Notes: a model not told the origin generated them from the letters alone. A DNA stretch of 63,923 nucleotides, filler included, from Choristocarpus tenellus KU-1152 (GCA_964200185.2; 10 parts of 10 records of this genome joined end to end with filler, not necessarily neighbours in it); one strand, 5' to 3'. Numbered from the whole stretch's first letter, positions 12,781 through 26,000 are shown. Translations and numbers: made by a program.

Positions 12781-14142
12781 TACCTGTTGTACTACAACTA
12801 AGGGTGCTGGTTCTGTTTGTGCCTCACTTGTTGCAAGTTGGGTTCAGTCGTCCAACCACTTGCCCCCCTGCCTCCTCCCTTAAATTTGTGCTGGGCCAGC
12901 CTCGGCGTTGCTCAAGAATGAAGCCTTGCCACCTTGTTCTTGGTCTGGCAATTTTGTGGTATTGTATAGCAAAAAATAAAATAGAGTATTGTATAACAGA
13001 TAGAATAGGGTATTGTATTCAATGTTTGAGTGATTCAAGCAAGATTTCAGTATAAGAAAGTTGGGATGGATGGAGTTTGATTGATCAACATTCATGGAAG
13101 GAACAATCTCCATTAAACAAAGATGTCAGGTGTTGTCGACTTGGTGGGCGAGGACAATGTTGACTACTCAGGCAGACACAGTTTTTTTTTGCCCTGTCTG
13201 CCAGGAAATTCTTCCAATATTTGTGGAAACACTTACACAGGAACCTTGACCCAATATATATACTATATTATACTATTTAGGTAGAGCTGGCAGTGTTAGA
13301 GCTGTAAGCCACGATAGCACTCACGTTTTGAAAATGATCTGAATACAAGAGAAGAATGGAAGAATCACAGGAGTCGGTCACGTCCTTTACTGTGTTGTTG
13401 GAGGAGGAGTGTTTCCATGTTGTGTTGGTCATAACATAGAATTTTTATAGCAATTACGATATCGATATTTCGATATTTTCGACATAGACGACAGACAAGG
13501 CAAAATTTCGTCAGGGGGCTAACAAGGGTCAAATTAACTGACACCCGACATGTTATCATTGAACGTAGTGATCATAAGAACCTAGGTCGGACACAATTTT
13601 TTGGATACTCTAAAGCACTACAATCTAGGGAGTGTGAAAGGTAGCCACCTTCGCTAATAATTCTTGAAAGTATGTTCTTAAGACGAGGATACTTGATATT
13701 TGGTTGGTTGGATAACAATCCCTAACTGACGTAATAAGGGTATACCTGGTTTCGGCTTACTAGAGGTCAACATTTCCTTTATCCAATAAAACATAGTATC
13801 ATGGTATATGGGCAATGATTGAGGTGCTGTAAGTACTTGAAGTGACGTGGGACTTGTGATAGGTGCTGCACCAACTAGCCCCTTTGAAAGGTTGGCATTA
13901 TTGGTTGGTTGCTGCTTCATCAAGCATCCTTTGGGTGTTCTGAGACGGAATATTGACTGTAAATTTGAACTTGTTCCTTGTGCGCACATCTTCGTCAAAT
14001 CTCTGTTCGTGGCACCTCAACCACGCCCCTTGGCCTGAAGGGTTGCACATATAGCATGAAGTGAATTACCAAATCATCGTCTCCATTTTATTTCACACTT
14101 TTGTGGGTGGATTGATCTCAACAAGTTCGATAGAACCCACAC

Positions 14143-15102
14143 ATGGTCAGTGTGCGGCGTTGTTGCTGTGGCAGCATGGGGCTGTACGCAATCCTCATTA
14201 TTATTTTATCTGCGCTGCTGATGACGAATGCTTTCGAGTCTTTCTCATATACATTTGGAGCCGGACAAGGGAGCAACAGCGGGTCGCGATTCTTTTTCAA
14301 TGGTTCGCCCTTTGGCGGATTTGGTCAGCAGGGTGAGGTGGACAACGAGGGTTATTATAAGGTAGGTGGTGGTTAGTACTATATTATACTGGTTCCCTCT
14401 TAATATGAAGTCCAAATATCCCCTGCATCTCTATAATAGCTATAAACACACCGATACGCTTTCAGCATATTCCTGCTGTTTAAGTACATCTGGCACCACC
14501 TTCGTGGCAAACTCATGAGGCGGGGACTGGGGAAGGTGTTGGACGATGATTTTTGTCGTAAGCTTGGTATGTTTTGCTATCTGATAAATTTGCTTTGCTT
14601 AAGTTGTACAAGTGATGGTGACTCCCTCCCAAGTCCTTCGCCCAATTTACCAATGTGACCTCTTGTCACCTTTACCCCGCTGAAGGTGCTCGGTGTGGAG
14701 AAGGGTGCTAGTGAGGACGTGATAAAACGTGCATACCGCAAGTTGGCCGTCAAGATGCACCCAGACAAGGGGGGCAATCTTGAAGAATTCAAAGTGCTTG
14801 GAGAGGCATATGAGGTGAGTGCATGAGGGGTGATCCTGGTGACCAATTATTCTGGCAGCGCTTCTGGTTGGGAAACCAGCGAGGGAGTCTATCGCCATAA
14901 CAGTCTCGCGCTACACCTAGAAACCACCATTATGAGTCGAATAACCCTATAGTCATTCGCGCTCTGGCTTACAAACTCCACACGTATGTACTAAGTATAC
15001 ACTCACTCATCGCCTCGCAGGTTTTGTCGGACCCTGACAAGCGACGAGTATATGACCAGCACGGGAAGGCTGGCCTGGAGGGGGGAATGGCACAGGGGGG
15101 TG
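14143..15102 (+). CDS. dnaJ: DnaJ/Hsp40 co-chaperone (J domain) with N-terminal signal-peptide-like extension; 3'-truncated by contig end
   Basis: Exons 14143 (or ATG 14176)-14361, 14686-14814 and 15021-15102 with in-phase GT-AG introns. Spliced product ...EVDNEGYYK|[43 protein letters not shown]|[23 protein letters not shown] contains the HPD motif and a complete J domain. Confidence 0.93.
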
Positions 15103-15202
15103 NNNNNNNNNNNNNNNNNNNNNNNNNNNNNNNNNNNNNNNNNNNNTTAATTAATTAANNNNNNNNNNNNNNNNNNNNNNNNNNNNNNNNNNNNNNNNNN
15201 NN
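15103..15202. other. Artificial contig-joining linker (N44-TTAATTAATTAA-N44)
   Basis: 100-nt N spacer with a six-frame stop core. Identical linkers at 17919-18018, 22757-22856, 37597-37696, 41183-41282, 44504-44603, 54643-54742, 57313-57412 and 61239-61338. A separate 10-N scaffold gap lies at 59073-59082. Confidence 0.98.
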
Positions 15203-17918
15203 CCCCACGCATTGACCCTCCCCCTCCTGGTGAGGTTTCTGGGGGTAAATCCTGCAATATCTGGTCGTGGGAAGGATCTTGTGAACCACCTGGTACAAGA
15301 CGTCCCAGCGTTGGAGGCATAAAGTGCTCTCCGCCAACCTATGAAGGATGAGCAAATGAGATGTTAAAAGACAAAGCACATCAGAACAATAAATGTGCTT
15401 AAGACACACTTGAACAATATCTATATATAGATATATATAGATATATATATGTATGTCCATATATATCAACAAACGCCACATTTTTTTTTTGTCAATTAAT
15501 GCCTGCACCGAGGACATGGACATTTTAATGATGGCAAAGTACAGTGTAAGACTCTGACTGCATCACACTAAAGTTTGTTTTATCAAGATTTGATGATATC
15601 TGTACCTACACCACCAGAAAGCACCACGGTGCTCCTTGAACAATATTGTAGACCATCTCTCACAGAGTGATATTTGGACATCATGCACATAACCCACCAA
15701 GAACATGCACAATACAGTCTGCCATGCATCTGGTTAGTGCTGGGGTTGAAGTGTTGGGCTTCATGAACACAGAGAAGTGAACTGGAAAGCAGGAGGGTCA
15801 AAACAAAGCAAAACACAAGTCCTCCATTCATAACATATTGCATTCACACGATACCCAATAAATTGGGAAAACGTTGGCTTTTGACACAGTCAAGAATTGT
15901 CAAAAAAAGATGCACGAAATGTCAAGGCAAAGACGGGAGCTACTTCTACACAGAGTTGGTACGAGTTCATACATAAAATCACATAAATATGTACGTATAT
16001 GTTGTGTCCATAGCACATACATAGGGTTAGGGAATGGAAAACAACTGGGCCTAGGGCCTAGGGAGTAATCCATCATCACACAGTACAGTTAGTTACATGC
16101 CCTATTCTTGAGAGGGTTTAACATTAAAAGGATACAGTTGAAGAAACATTAAATTCCTGCAAGTTGTAGTTTACAAATAGAGTGAACTGCAACATTCAGT
16201 ACAACATTCAGTACCTCTCACCACAGGTCAGGTTGGTTCAGGTCTGAGTGAGATGATAAAAAAATATGTATAAAAAAATAACCAAGAAAAAAAAAATTAA
16301 CAAAGCACAATTATTTGAAATATAGTAACTACTAATATAAATAAATCAAGTCAGTCACGATACAACCCCTCAAGCTGTGCCATTCTTCTCAGGACCATAG
16401 AGAATATCTCACACACAGGTGAGGAAAGTAACACCTGACCTAACCCTAACTCTAAATCACCCAGCAGCAACAACATCACCTCTTACTTTATGGGAGCTCT
16501 CTGTGGCAGTACCCCCTATCAGTAGGAGCACACAATACCTTCTCACACCATTCGAAAGAAACTAAAAATCCCCCAGAATACTCTTGAGAGGAATACAAAC
16601 TAACAAATTGTTGGGGAAGTGATTTTCCACCCTCCACACTACAGAGAGGAAGAAAAGGGCATCACCATCACAATATTTTTTTTGCAAACACTTTCATATT
16701 TTTCGGTAAAACGTGGTATGAAAATGTTAAAACATTTTTTTTTTCATCAGATGTTCCATGCCATACATGATGTCTTGGACAGAAACACCACCAAAACTAC
16801 AAAAAATAATAAATAAAAAAGTAAATAAGAGTGTAACATTCACCGGTAGCAATCAGAGCATGAAAACAAGGGGGCTGTGTGGAGAAACTCATCAACAGGA
16901 TTCTAATCCCCATCGTAAAATTAATCGGGTGTGACGAAATCAAAAACAGTATTACCAAAACACGTCTCAAAACCATCAAGAAATGACTTCACACTGGGCC
17001 AAAACGATCCCAAAATGATCAGAGTTGACTCGAAATTCACATGTGCAGATAGAGTACTTTACTATCGATACAAAACTGAGTTAGGGTTAGGGTTAGGGTT
17101 AGGGTTAGTAGGAAAAAAATACAAAGAAAGTGGTCCAGCCAAAGCAGGTAGTGACGACTAGATCAAATTTAAACATATATTTATTATGGTGAATAACATG
17201 GCAAAGAACCACCTCAAACAGAGCAAAATTATGAATATGGAAGATATATCAGGAGGGAAGTCTTCCACATCTCAAAATCAGAGGCACACAGAACACCCAC
17301 CGACCCATTCTCCCCACTCCAGTTCTCAAACTACACAACCCTGCACGAATTCAGTGTTTGTAGTAACAACATGAAAAAAAGCAGGCATTTCAATGATAAA
17401 GTACTGCTCAGATTTACATGGGTAGGGTAGGATTAGTGTTCACAAATCGTTCCTGGGACAGTATAATAGAGTAACACAGGATCATATATATCAACATCCA
17501 AAATGTAACAGCCATGCACAGATGACATCCAAATCACTACCATACACCAATTTTTTACTCAGCATAAAGACAAGAAAAAATGTAGTTAGGGTGATGGAGT
17601 AGGACTAGTTCCACAGACTAAGCTCCCTGTTCTTAAGCCACAACACCAACAAGCCCTCATCAGCAGCACAAACCCCCATTCCCCCTCTCCCCACAACGAA
17701 CTTCAAACTCACATCCTGCCGCCCCATGTGCATCCCAGAATAACCGCCACCTGTGACCTGGTCCAGCGAAGGCAACGGCCCCGCAGCCCATGAATCCACA
17801 TCCATTTCCATAACGCCATCCATATCATATTGGTCTCCTCCCCGTCCACCCACCCCCATCCCCAAGTCCCCCCCTTCCATAATACCCTTCCCACGATTCA
17901 ACTGGTGCCCCCCACCAT
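15203..17918 (-). CDS. Internal fragment of a Gly/Met/Pro-rich low-complexity protein
   Basis: Exon 17918-17713 (...GGGYSGMHMGRQD, donor GTGAGT) joins in phase 0 to exon 15338-15203 (acceptor CATAG; VGGEHFMPPTLGRLVPGGSQDPSHDQILQDLPPETSPGGGG). No domain recognised. Confidence 0.5.
17080..17108 (+). repeat. Interstitial telomere-type (TTAGGG)n
   Basis: GTTAGGGTTAGGGTTAGGGTTAGGGTTAG. Similar short arrays at 50242-50291, 51782-51806, 54128-54142, 58247-58263, 58345-58357 and 59473-59489. Confidence 0.85.
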
Positions 17919-18018
17919 NNNNNNNNNNNNNNNNNNNNNNNNNNNNNNNNNNNNNNNNNNNNTTAATTAATTAANNNNNNNNNNNNNNNNNNNNNNNNNN
18001 NNNNNNNNNNNNNNNNNN

Positions 18019-18090
18019 TTTCCGCGCACAATTTTGGGTCAAACCCATCCTCCATAGTATGCTCCATCCTCAATTTTGGTGAGAGGCTGT
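18019..18090. mobile_element. Right TIR of the foldback MITE family seen at 20740-20950
   Basis: TTCCGCGCACAATTTTGGG...CATCCTCCAT...CCATCCTCAATT...GCTGT|TA aligns with 20880-20950. Another end fragment lies at 41283-41326. Confidence 0.6.
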
Positions 18091-19099
18091 TATGTAATGA
18101 ACTAACTCCTCTTGCTGTTTATTAACTGCTCTCCCTCTGTCCTCCTGTAACATGGAAAGTTCATCATGGTATGCTACGAACCTTTTCTTTCAACTACTAG
18201 AAGCATTTTTCTTTTTCTTGTATGGAATATTCAAACTTACAATTCCTTGCTGTGAACTTACATGTATATCCAGAACAATGAGCGAGTTATTTTCACGATA
18301 CATTGTTTAGGGCACACAATTGCAACAGCAATGTATTAATAGTGCTTGCAAGTGTGACAGATCATGTGTAAAACACGATCATGACGATGGTGAATAATGA
18401 GGTGCGAAACGCTTACAGCTGAAGTGGGGAAACAGGGTATCGATGTACCTATATAAGAGAGGGTAGGGGCAATATAAAAATATCTGTTATATTCCGGTCT
18501 TCTCTTTTTTTATATAAGAGCGTTTTTATCTAAAACGAGGTATTGTGATAAGAGAAACCTATTTTTTATCGACCAAAGTGGTCGTGGGCACTTCATACTT
18601 GTCCCCAAACGACGACAGAGCGACATCCTTGCTGTATGTGCTTCCCATGTGCCTTCAAGAGTAGTTACATGTAGATATGTATTGAATATTGCCCTCGGTG
18701 AGCCCATTTCGATGGAGCTGTGGTGGTGCAGCAAGCACCACATCTACACCACCCCTACACACTGTACCAGTGTCATATATGTATACCGTACTGTAACTTT
18801 AACTTGGGTAAAATTACACTCATTACGATGTATTCACTCATATATATAGTACATCTTCCCAAGAAAAGCATCCGCAAGGCGTTGGATGGCTGGACAGATG
18901 ACTCGCAGTTCAAGTCAACTCAACGTTCAAACCCAGACTCCCTCCAATGCCCTGCCCTACGTATTCAATTGCACTCTACAAGGATGTTATACAGTACAGT
19001 ATCAAAAACACCACCATGGATCAAATGTAGCTGCACCATCATGCACCTCCCATCGCACGCACTGAGTAAAACAACTCAATTCGCTGATAAAAACTCACG

Positions 19100-19660
19100 A
19101 CTGCCAAAATAAATCTCGAATATTCGCTAGTTTGATTGCCCTTGCCCCGATTGCGCTGACCCAAGCCAACTTTGCTTTCCGGAGATGGCTCGAAACATTG
19201 TTCATGCTGCACTCTTCGACGGCTGTTTCTAAGCTTGCAAGCTCTTCAGCTATTCAAGAGTACTGCGGTGGAGGAATCGAGAACACTGAAGAGACTGCTC
19301 CTTTCCTCACGGCCCCCAATGTGCTGCCCCCTCCCATAAACCCATGGCCATACTCGTCACCCTAGCTTTCATTTTCTGACTGATACAAGGATTCTTCGAG
19401 AAACTGGTCTTCCATGTCCTCTAGCATTGCATTGGCGATTTCATCGTTGTCTTCCACACCGATTCCCGCTCTCGCTGCATCGATGGAAGCCTGAGACTGT
19501 GACCGATTCCAAACTTTCGACCAACCCCAGTTTCTATCATGGTCTTCAGAAGTTTCAACGCTTCCACCTTCTCCGCAAAGCTCAAGCGTTTACGATTATC
19601 GGCACCGCAAGGCTTATAGGATGCGTCTTTCTCCATAGATATATTTGGCAGCACCTTCCC
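19100..19660 (-). mobile_element. Internally deleted pogo/Tigger-like transposase remnant
   Basis: CENP-B-N-type HTH NRKRLSFAEKVEALKLLKTMIETGVGRKFGIG is followed directly by an acidic segment and a C-terminal helix (VEDNDEIANAMLEDMEDQFLEE...LETAVEECSMNNVSSHLRKAK...IRDLF) with stops. No DDE core. Confidence 0.6.
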
Positions 19661-20739
19661 CTTGCCCTTGTTCTCGTTATCGTGGCGCTTCGACGCCGTG
19701 TTGTCACTGATTGGAGGAGTCGAAGCCTTCCGCTTGGTGAGGCTCACGCACAATTTGCACGCGCGTTTCATTTCACTGACACCAAAAGGATTCACAACGC
19801 CGCAAATGCCATGAAGATACCGCTACAAAAGTGCTACTTATGACATGTATAGTGTGACAGACCAGAAGTATTACCCTTTATGTGTTCGTAGATAGTGTCC
19901 TGATACACTAAATACACCACCAGTGGAGGAAAGGTAGAGTCAGATATATGCTTCCATATATTTCGGTTGAGCTCTACCCAACGTACATATGATACGTATA
20001 TAGTATTCTTTTCTGATTATCATATTATTTTCTGATTATCCATGTGGACGTTGCAAATCTCACATGCTAGTCTGCACTTGTCTCACCCCACAAGTTCAGT
20101 CAGTGGAATCGAGACCATAATAAGCCTCCTGTAACATTAATATTGTGTATCTACACCAAGCTATTTATTGCGCTCTACCAAGGCACACAACCGTGGGTCC
20201 AGTGTGGAATATTTCAACACGCTACGTAGCGGACCGATTGCTCCTGGGACGTTGCAGCTGGATCCCGTCGTTGCGCAGCGTATCGTTATGTCTGTAGAAT
20301 GCAGTCGTCTAAACTTGATGTGATACACTGTGCGTACTGTATTGTACAGTACTAGAGACAAGACACTGCTATGCTTTGTACTGCTGGTCTCGAGCAGGTT
20401 TGTGCATTACTTTTTGGGAAAACCCTCGATCAAGTAGTAGTGGAAAAAATGGGAGTTTGCTTGATATAAGAGAGAATTGGCAGGAGAACGCTGAAACCTC
20501 TCTTCTAGCCTCAGAAGTCGTGACAAAGCAATTCACCCTCTCTTATATCTCGTTTTCTCTTATACTGACTCCTCTTATATAGGTACACGGACTGTGTTAT
20601 CTTAGTTTGCTTTGCAACTACTCGTAACTGCTAAACATGAGAAACTCCACCAAGATCCCGTAGGTTGTTACGGGAGAGCGGACTAGTACAACAGCAGTAT
20701 CAGAGTAGTACTGCGTACACAAACGGTTGTCTTGACATA

Positions 20740-20950
20740 ACAGCGGATCAAATTAATGGCGGATGGATCATTTCATGGAGGATGGACTTTTCCCAAAATG
20801 GTGCGCGGAAAGTGCCCATATGTTTTTGCATGGATTCCCATTCAAAAAGGGGCCCTTAAAAAAAAAACATATGGGCACTTTCGGCGCACCATTTTGGGAA
20901 AAGTTCATCCTCCATGAAATGATCCATCCACCATTATCTTGATCCGCTGT
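20740..20950. mobile_element. Foldback MITE, about 88-bp TIRs, TA target duplication (Tc1/mariner/pogo type)
   Basis: ACAGCGGATCAA...CCCAAAATGGTGCGCGGAAAGTGCCCATATGTTTTT is mirrored by AAAAACATATGGGCACTTTCGGCGCACCATTTTGGG...TTGATCCGCTGT. TA at 20738-39 and 20951-52. Confidence 0.85.
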
Positions 20951-22684
20951 TACATGCAAAACTTCTGTTCAGTGTTTGAGGTATACATCCCACACAAGGA
21001 ACCAAAAATATTATATGACCCTCCCTCCATTCCGCCTAATGACCAATACCTTGGAGCGTATGTCTCACATCCTCCCTTGATTGATAAGGCGAGAAAAAAA
21101 TTATGTTGTCATCCGCAGAACTAACTGGTGGAGGTTTGTCCTCGTCAGTTCCTTGTGAATTTGGACATGATTGCTCCCCTCCATTAGTGCCAGGCACAGG
21201 TTTATTGCTTCAAGTAGGCATTGTTCGGTTAGCTCAGGTATGCATTAGTCCAAACTTCCATACACTGACAAACAAGCTGTGGTTTGGCAAGTTGGAGAGT
21301 GAACTCACAGCTTGGTTGGGGAGCTCCTAATAAATGGATCTGGAAGGAGGCAATATCATTCATGCCACTCATTTTATAGTAATACCAAAATAATAATAAT
21401 GCACCTCTCCTGTATAACGACCCTGTTTTTTGTCCCACCAAAATTTGCATTGCCATACAATTGCCCTTCCTTCATGTCCCAGTCTTATCTATAAGTAGTA
21501 GTATTACCCATTGGTATTCCGCATCATGCCCTTGACCCTCTACATGCAATAAATGAGTGTGATAATATGTGTGGGAAAGCTGGAAGTCAACAACCTTACA
21601 TACTCTCCACTACATTACGTATCACATGTGAAGTACGTGGACGAAATAAAGATTTAATAATCGATACCCAAAATAATCTTGAGTTGATGAGAATTGCCCT
21701 CGTAGTCCTGAAATGCAAACAGCATGTTGATACATCATATTTCATCCATGATGGTCTCCTCCTGTTGCCACCATTGTAATAAGTAGTGGTTGCACGAAGT
21801 GTCAACTAATAATACTTTATTTACACTCCAGTAGTACATAATACTCAGCTAAGTACGAGGAGCATTGATTGGCTGCCATGGATTCAAACTGGAACTTGGG
21901 GATCTTTACTCTTTTTTGTTCTTGAACTATTGACAAGTTCACTCTTAAGTACAACATACTCTTCCCTATCTTCTCCATTATATGTACAACATATTGTAAC
22001 AACACTCAAGTTCAAGGAGATTGCCAACAGAGATGCTCATAAAAAAATGCATGATGGACTGAGTCGCTCTGTCATTTCTTGTGATCTGCACAAGTAGTAC
22101 TACCTGCATAGATCTTTTTGGAGGTAGGCATGACAATGTGTTGTATGCTCTGTAAGATAGATTTGATACGTAGCTAGCTATCGCTACACACATACACACA
22201 AACTCAAACAAGCGTAATGTTACATGTTTGAAACTATTTTCAGACACCCCACCCCTCATTTCAATACTAAAACAAACAAAAAAAGAGAGAAGAAAGCAAC
22301 CACAAAAAAAGCCAGTCCAACCCTAAACTTACAAACTCCTTTTTGTAGGTTTGTGAACTGAAAGAATGTACGGCTATCAACTAAATCAAAATGACAGAGG
22401 ACATAATAAGAAACACAAATCGACTAGAAAAGAAATCGATTAATCCGATTGAACTATCGTCGGAGCAAGGGACATGCCCAAAAGGCGTGCAGGTGACCAA
22501 GTTGGGCGTTGTACCACAAAGCATGAACATCGAAATGTAAATGTAGTGGGTTGTGTGGGTAGTGACACGTTTTGACGGATGTTATGTATTTCTGTGACCT
22601 CTGACACATCCAGTAGTTACCCAAAGTTCTGCTTGACTTGTGATTTTTTTTTTTTAACTAACACTAAATTGCATCCGGTTATTC

Positions 22685-22756
22685 TGTGAATCGTGTGATT
22701 CTGTGGCGGCGTGGTTCACTCAGGCAAGGGTGGCGAAGAGAATCACCGGGCAAGAC
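22685..22756 (+). mobile_element. Left end of family C TIR element at contig end
   Basis: TGTGAATCGTGTGATTCTGTGGCGGCGTGGTTCACTCAGGCAAGGGTGG matches 1247-1305 and 43290-43350. Confidence 0.7.
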
Positions 22757-23006
22757 NNNNNNNNNNNNNNNNNNNNNNNNNNNNNNNNNNNNNNNNNNNN
22801 TTAATTAATTAANNNNNNNNNNNNNNNNNNNNNNNNNNNNNNNNNNNNNNNNNNNNCCCCCTATCTGCTTCCCCCCCCCCCCTGTCAAACGTTGAGATAC
22901 CACTGTACCAACAGGGCAGTTACGAAACTGAATGGCCTGGTGGCACAGTGGTATCTCAATAGTTGATGTGCTTCCCATCCCCTAACAAAAGACAAACAAC
23001 ACTCAC

Positions 23007-26000
23007 CTGTTTGGTGTGTTCCAAGTCTAACCTTCCCTGCTTTTGATGGAGCCACTCTGAGTAGTTACCCTTGTAGGGGATTAGCACACCTCGGTCTACC
23101 TCCAATATCCAGGAGGCTACATTATCCAAAAAGTACCTTTTTTATATATTGTGGGAGGGAACAAGTGTATCTCAATTGGAAAGGGACATGGGATTAAAAA
23201 AATAATGAAAGCTGACTCTGTGTGCGCATATGTATGTGTGTGTTTACAAATAATATAAATAATATAAATGGGAAGGAGGGGGGGGAGGGGAGTTATGGGA
23301 GTGGGTGGTGGTTGAGGCGTGAAGTCACATCATGGAAGTAGGGGGGAAGATTGATATTGGGTATGAGGGGGGCAGGTTATTCCAGGAGGCATTTGGGGGA
23401 GATGATCTTCACTCCAAGTATGCCTATGGCAACATGGGGTCATTTCACAAAGGTGGAAACTGTAGTATAGGTCATCCAAACCATTTCACACACACCCTCT
23501 CTCACATACACAGCCCATAGCAGTAGTGATTGATAGACACCGAGTGATTCTTGCCTGAGATTATTATGGGGTTTCCATTACCTGTCGTGCGTGATGCTGA
23601 TCACAGTGCCCTTGAAGGATCGAAGATACTCTTCCAGCCAAAGAACAGACCTGTAAGTCAGCACAAACACAGGAAAACATCTATGGGATGAGTACATACA
23701 CGGTGACCTCCATGAAAAGAGATTCCTCTGTGAAACAATATGTGTGACGGGACTGATCACTACTGAGTTAGTTCTCTAGGATGCTTGGATGGCGTTGCTG
23801 ATGATCACCTCTTAGGATCCCGTAAGGGGCATGGGTACACAGGCCTGTATCTCAAGGGATGTGTCAAAGCATTACATTATCAGTGAGAGAGTCCTGTGGC
23901 AAAATGTGAGCTAAGTAGGGTATTGCAAGTAATCCTTTTCAGGGGCAAAGCATGAAGGAAAGAAAGGTAAAATGAATCAGTTCATCAATGTATCCTCTGC
24001 TCAAGGTTTGAAACATGATCAAAAAAGCACCTTGTTGCACAACACCAACAACAGTCGAGGAGTAGTGTCTGTCCTACTAACGTCCTAATAGCCAAGATTT
24101 TGTCAGTGCACTGAAGTGGCAGTAAAATCACCACTACTACAAATCATTTACCTATGCCCCACAAAAAATGGTGTCAGATGAGCGTACAGATGTAGTAACC
24201 CTAATCATCTCAACCAACAAGCCCGCAATCTTCTACCGCTCGATAAAGGCCTTCTAACTCTCTCCCTCTCAGATACATACATAAACACACAGCTTCTGTT
24301 GGAACATAGACAAGTCTCACAAAAAGTAATGTCTCCCTCCCACACATGTAACAACTTGAATCATTTAGATGGGTACACCACGCACTACACACACCTCAAC
24401 CCTCGGAACAACAGTAAGGCGCACACTTATCCTCCTCCCCTCTAAACCTCACCCATCTACTCATCATCCCCCCCCCAAGACCCTTAACCCTGAACCACAA
24501 GCACAAAAGAAACGAACAGAAGCTTGCTTGAGACTCACTCTGCATCCAGATGATTGGTTGGCTCATCTAGGAGGACGATGTCCGGCATCTCCAGCAGCAG
24601 GCGGCATAAGGCCACACGGCGCTTCTCACCTCCCGAAAGTTGCGCCACAGGGGAGTCACCAGGGGGCACGCGCAGCTTTCTCATTGAAATGTCCACACGG
24701 TGCTGGAGGATCAGACCCCGATTTTTCACACAGGCACACGCCCACCCGTAGATGCAAACACACCGAAATGACAGAAGAATACAAGAAGGAAATAAGGGCC
24801 ACTTGCAGTCCAAGGTACTAGTACAACACAGTCCAAGGTACTAGTACAACACAGTCCAAGGTACTAGTACAACGCAGTCCAAGGTACTAGTACAACGCAG
24901 TCCAAGGTACTAGTACAATACAGTCCAAGGTACTAGTACAATACAGTCCAAGGTACTAGTACAATACAGTCCAAGGTACTAGTACAATACAGTCCAAGGT
25001 ACTAGTACAACACTCTACAGTATTACACACAGTATTGACAGTGTAACTACTTTAGTAAAAGAGCATGAGGTGATACTACTTCAAACCAGCAATATCATTG
25101 CTGTACAAAGTATATACTTCGCGATTCATTTGAGGGCATGCACTGCAAGTCTAGAGGACTATGGATTTATGGCTTCTGTGGCTGGGCATTGTTCGACAAG
25201 TACAGTAGTTACACATCATGTGCTCACTCATCCAGTATTCATACTAGGTGCCTTGAGATCGAAGACCAACAAGACATATTTGTACTAGTACCTACATGTA
25301 CTAGTACCTACATGTACTAGCCTTGGTAGGTGTCAGGTATCAAGGGACACAACAGTCACAGGCATCACCATCAATGCAGCTCTGCTTAGCAAGACAAGTT
25401 GTGTGGTCTATACTCACGTGACTAAGGCAACAAATACTTACTACTTACAATGCAACCCTGCCCTCCACAAAACCATCCCTTCCCCCCCCCCACCAAGCTT
25501 TTATCAAGAGTCATTTGGTCACCTGAAGGGTCCAGGCATCAGCCTCATCGATGCGAGACTGCAGCTCTGATTGCTCTGCTAACAGGGCATCCAGGTCTGC
25601 CTCAGGGTCTCCCATGGATACACTCACCTCCTCAAACCTACGCACCAAACTCTCCTGACAAACAGTGACCCCAACCAGATGAAGTGTAATAATCAAGCCC
25701 CCCCAGATACAGATACAATGGCAGATCACAAAACCCAGCATATGCAAGGAAATAGGAAATGGATTGTGAGGTTTGGATAGAAAATATATGGAGTTCAACC
25801 TCAGGGATGCATCAACAGAGGATGGGGATGGTAGGGGTGTGCAGGTGGGCAGGTGGACGACCAAACACAAAAGCAAGAGAAAGGGCAAGCCATGATATAA
25901 GGAGGTGGGGTAGGGTGAGGAGGCAAGTGACAAGGACAAGAACTTTGCATTACTGAAGCGGAGAGAACCAGGGTTAGCACAATACAAAAGCAAAAGCGAC

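Noticed and set aside
12708-13055. Poly-Ala ORF
   Set aside because: Driven by a CTG microsatellite; no coding signal or splice context.
13678-13998. Minus-strand gene divergent from dnaJ
   Set aside because: No domain, and I could not extend it with consistent exons. Possible but unsupported.
15147-15158. TTAATTAATTAA as a biological motif or TTAA target site
   Set aside because: Always centred in a 100-nt N spacer, so it is an artificial linker. ORFs ending in X...LIN are artefacts.
17080-17108. True chromosome end
   Set aside because: Fewer than five units, embedded in unique intronic sequence.
24806-25012. CRISPR-like array (23-bp partly palindromic repeats)
   Set aside because: Units are contiguous with no spacers, lie in a spliceosomal intron, and no cas genes are present. 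The same applies to 50356-50451 and 50865-50992.
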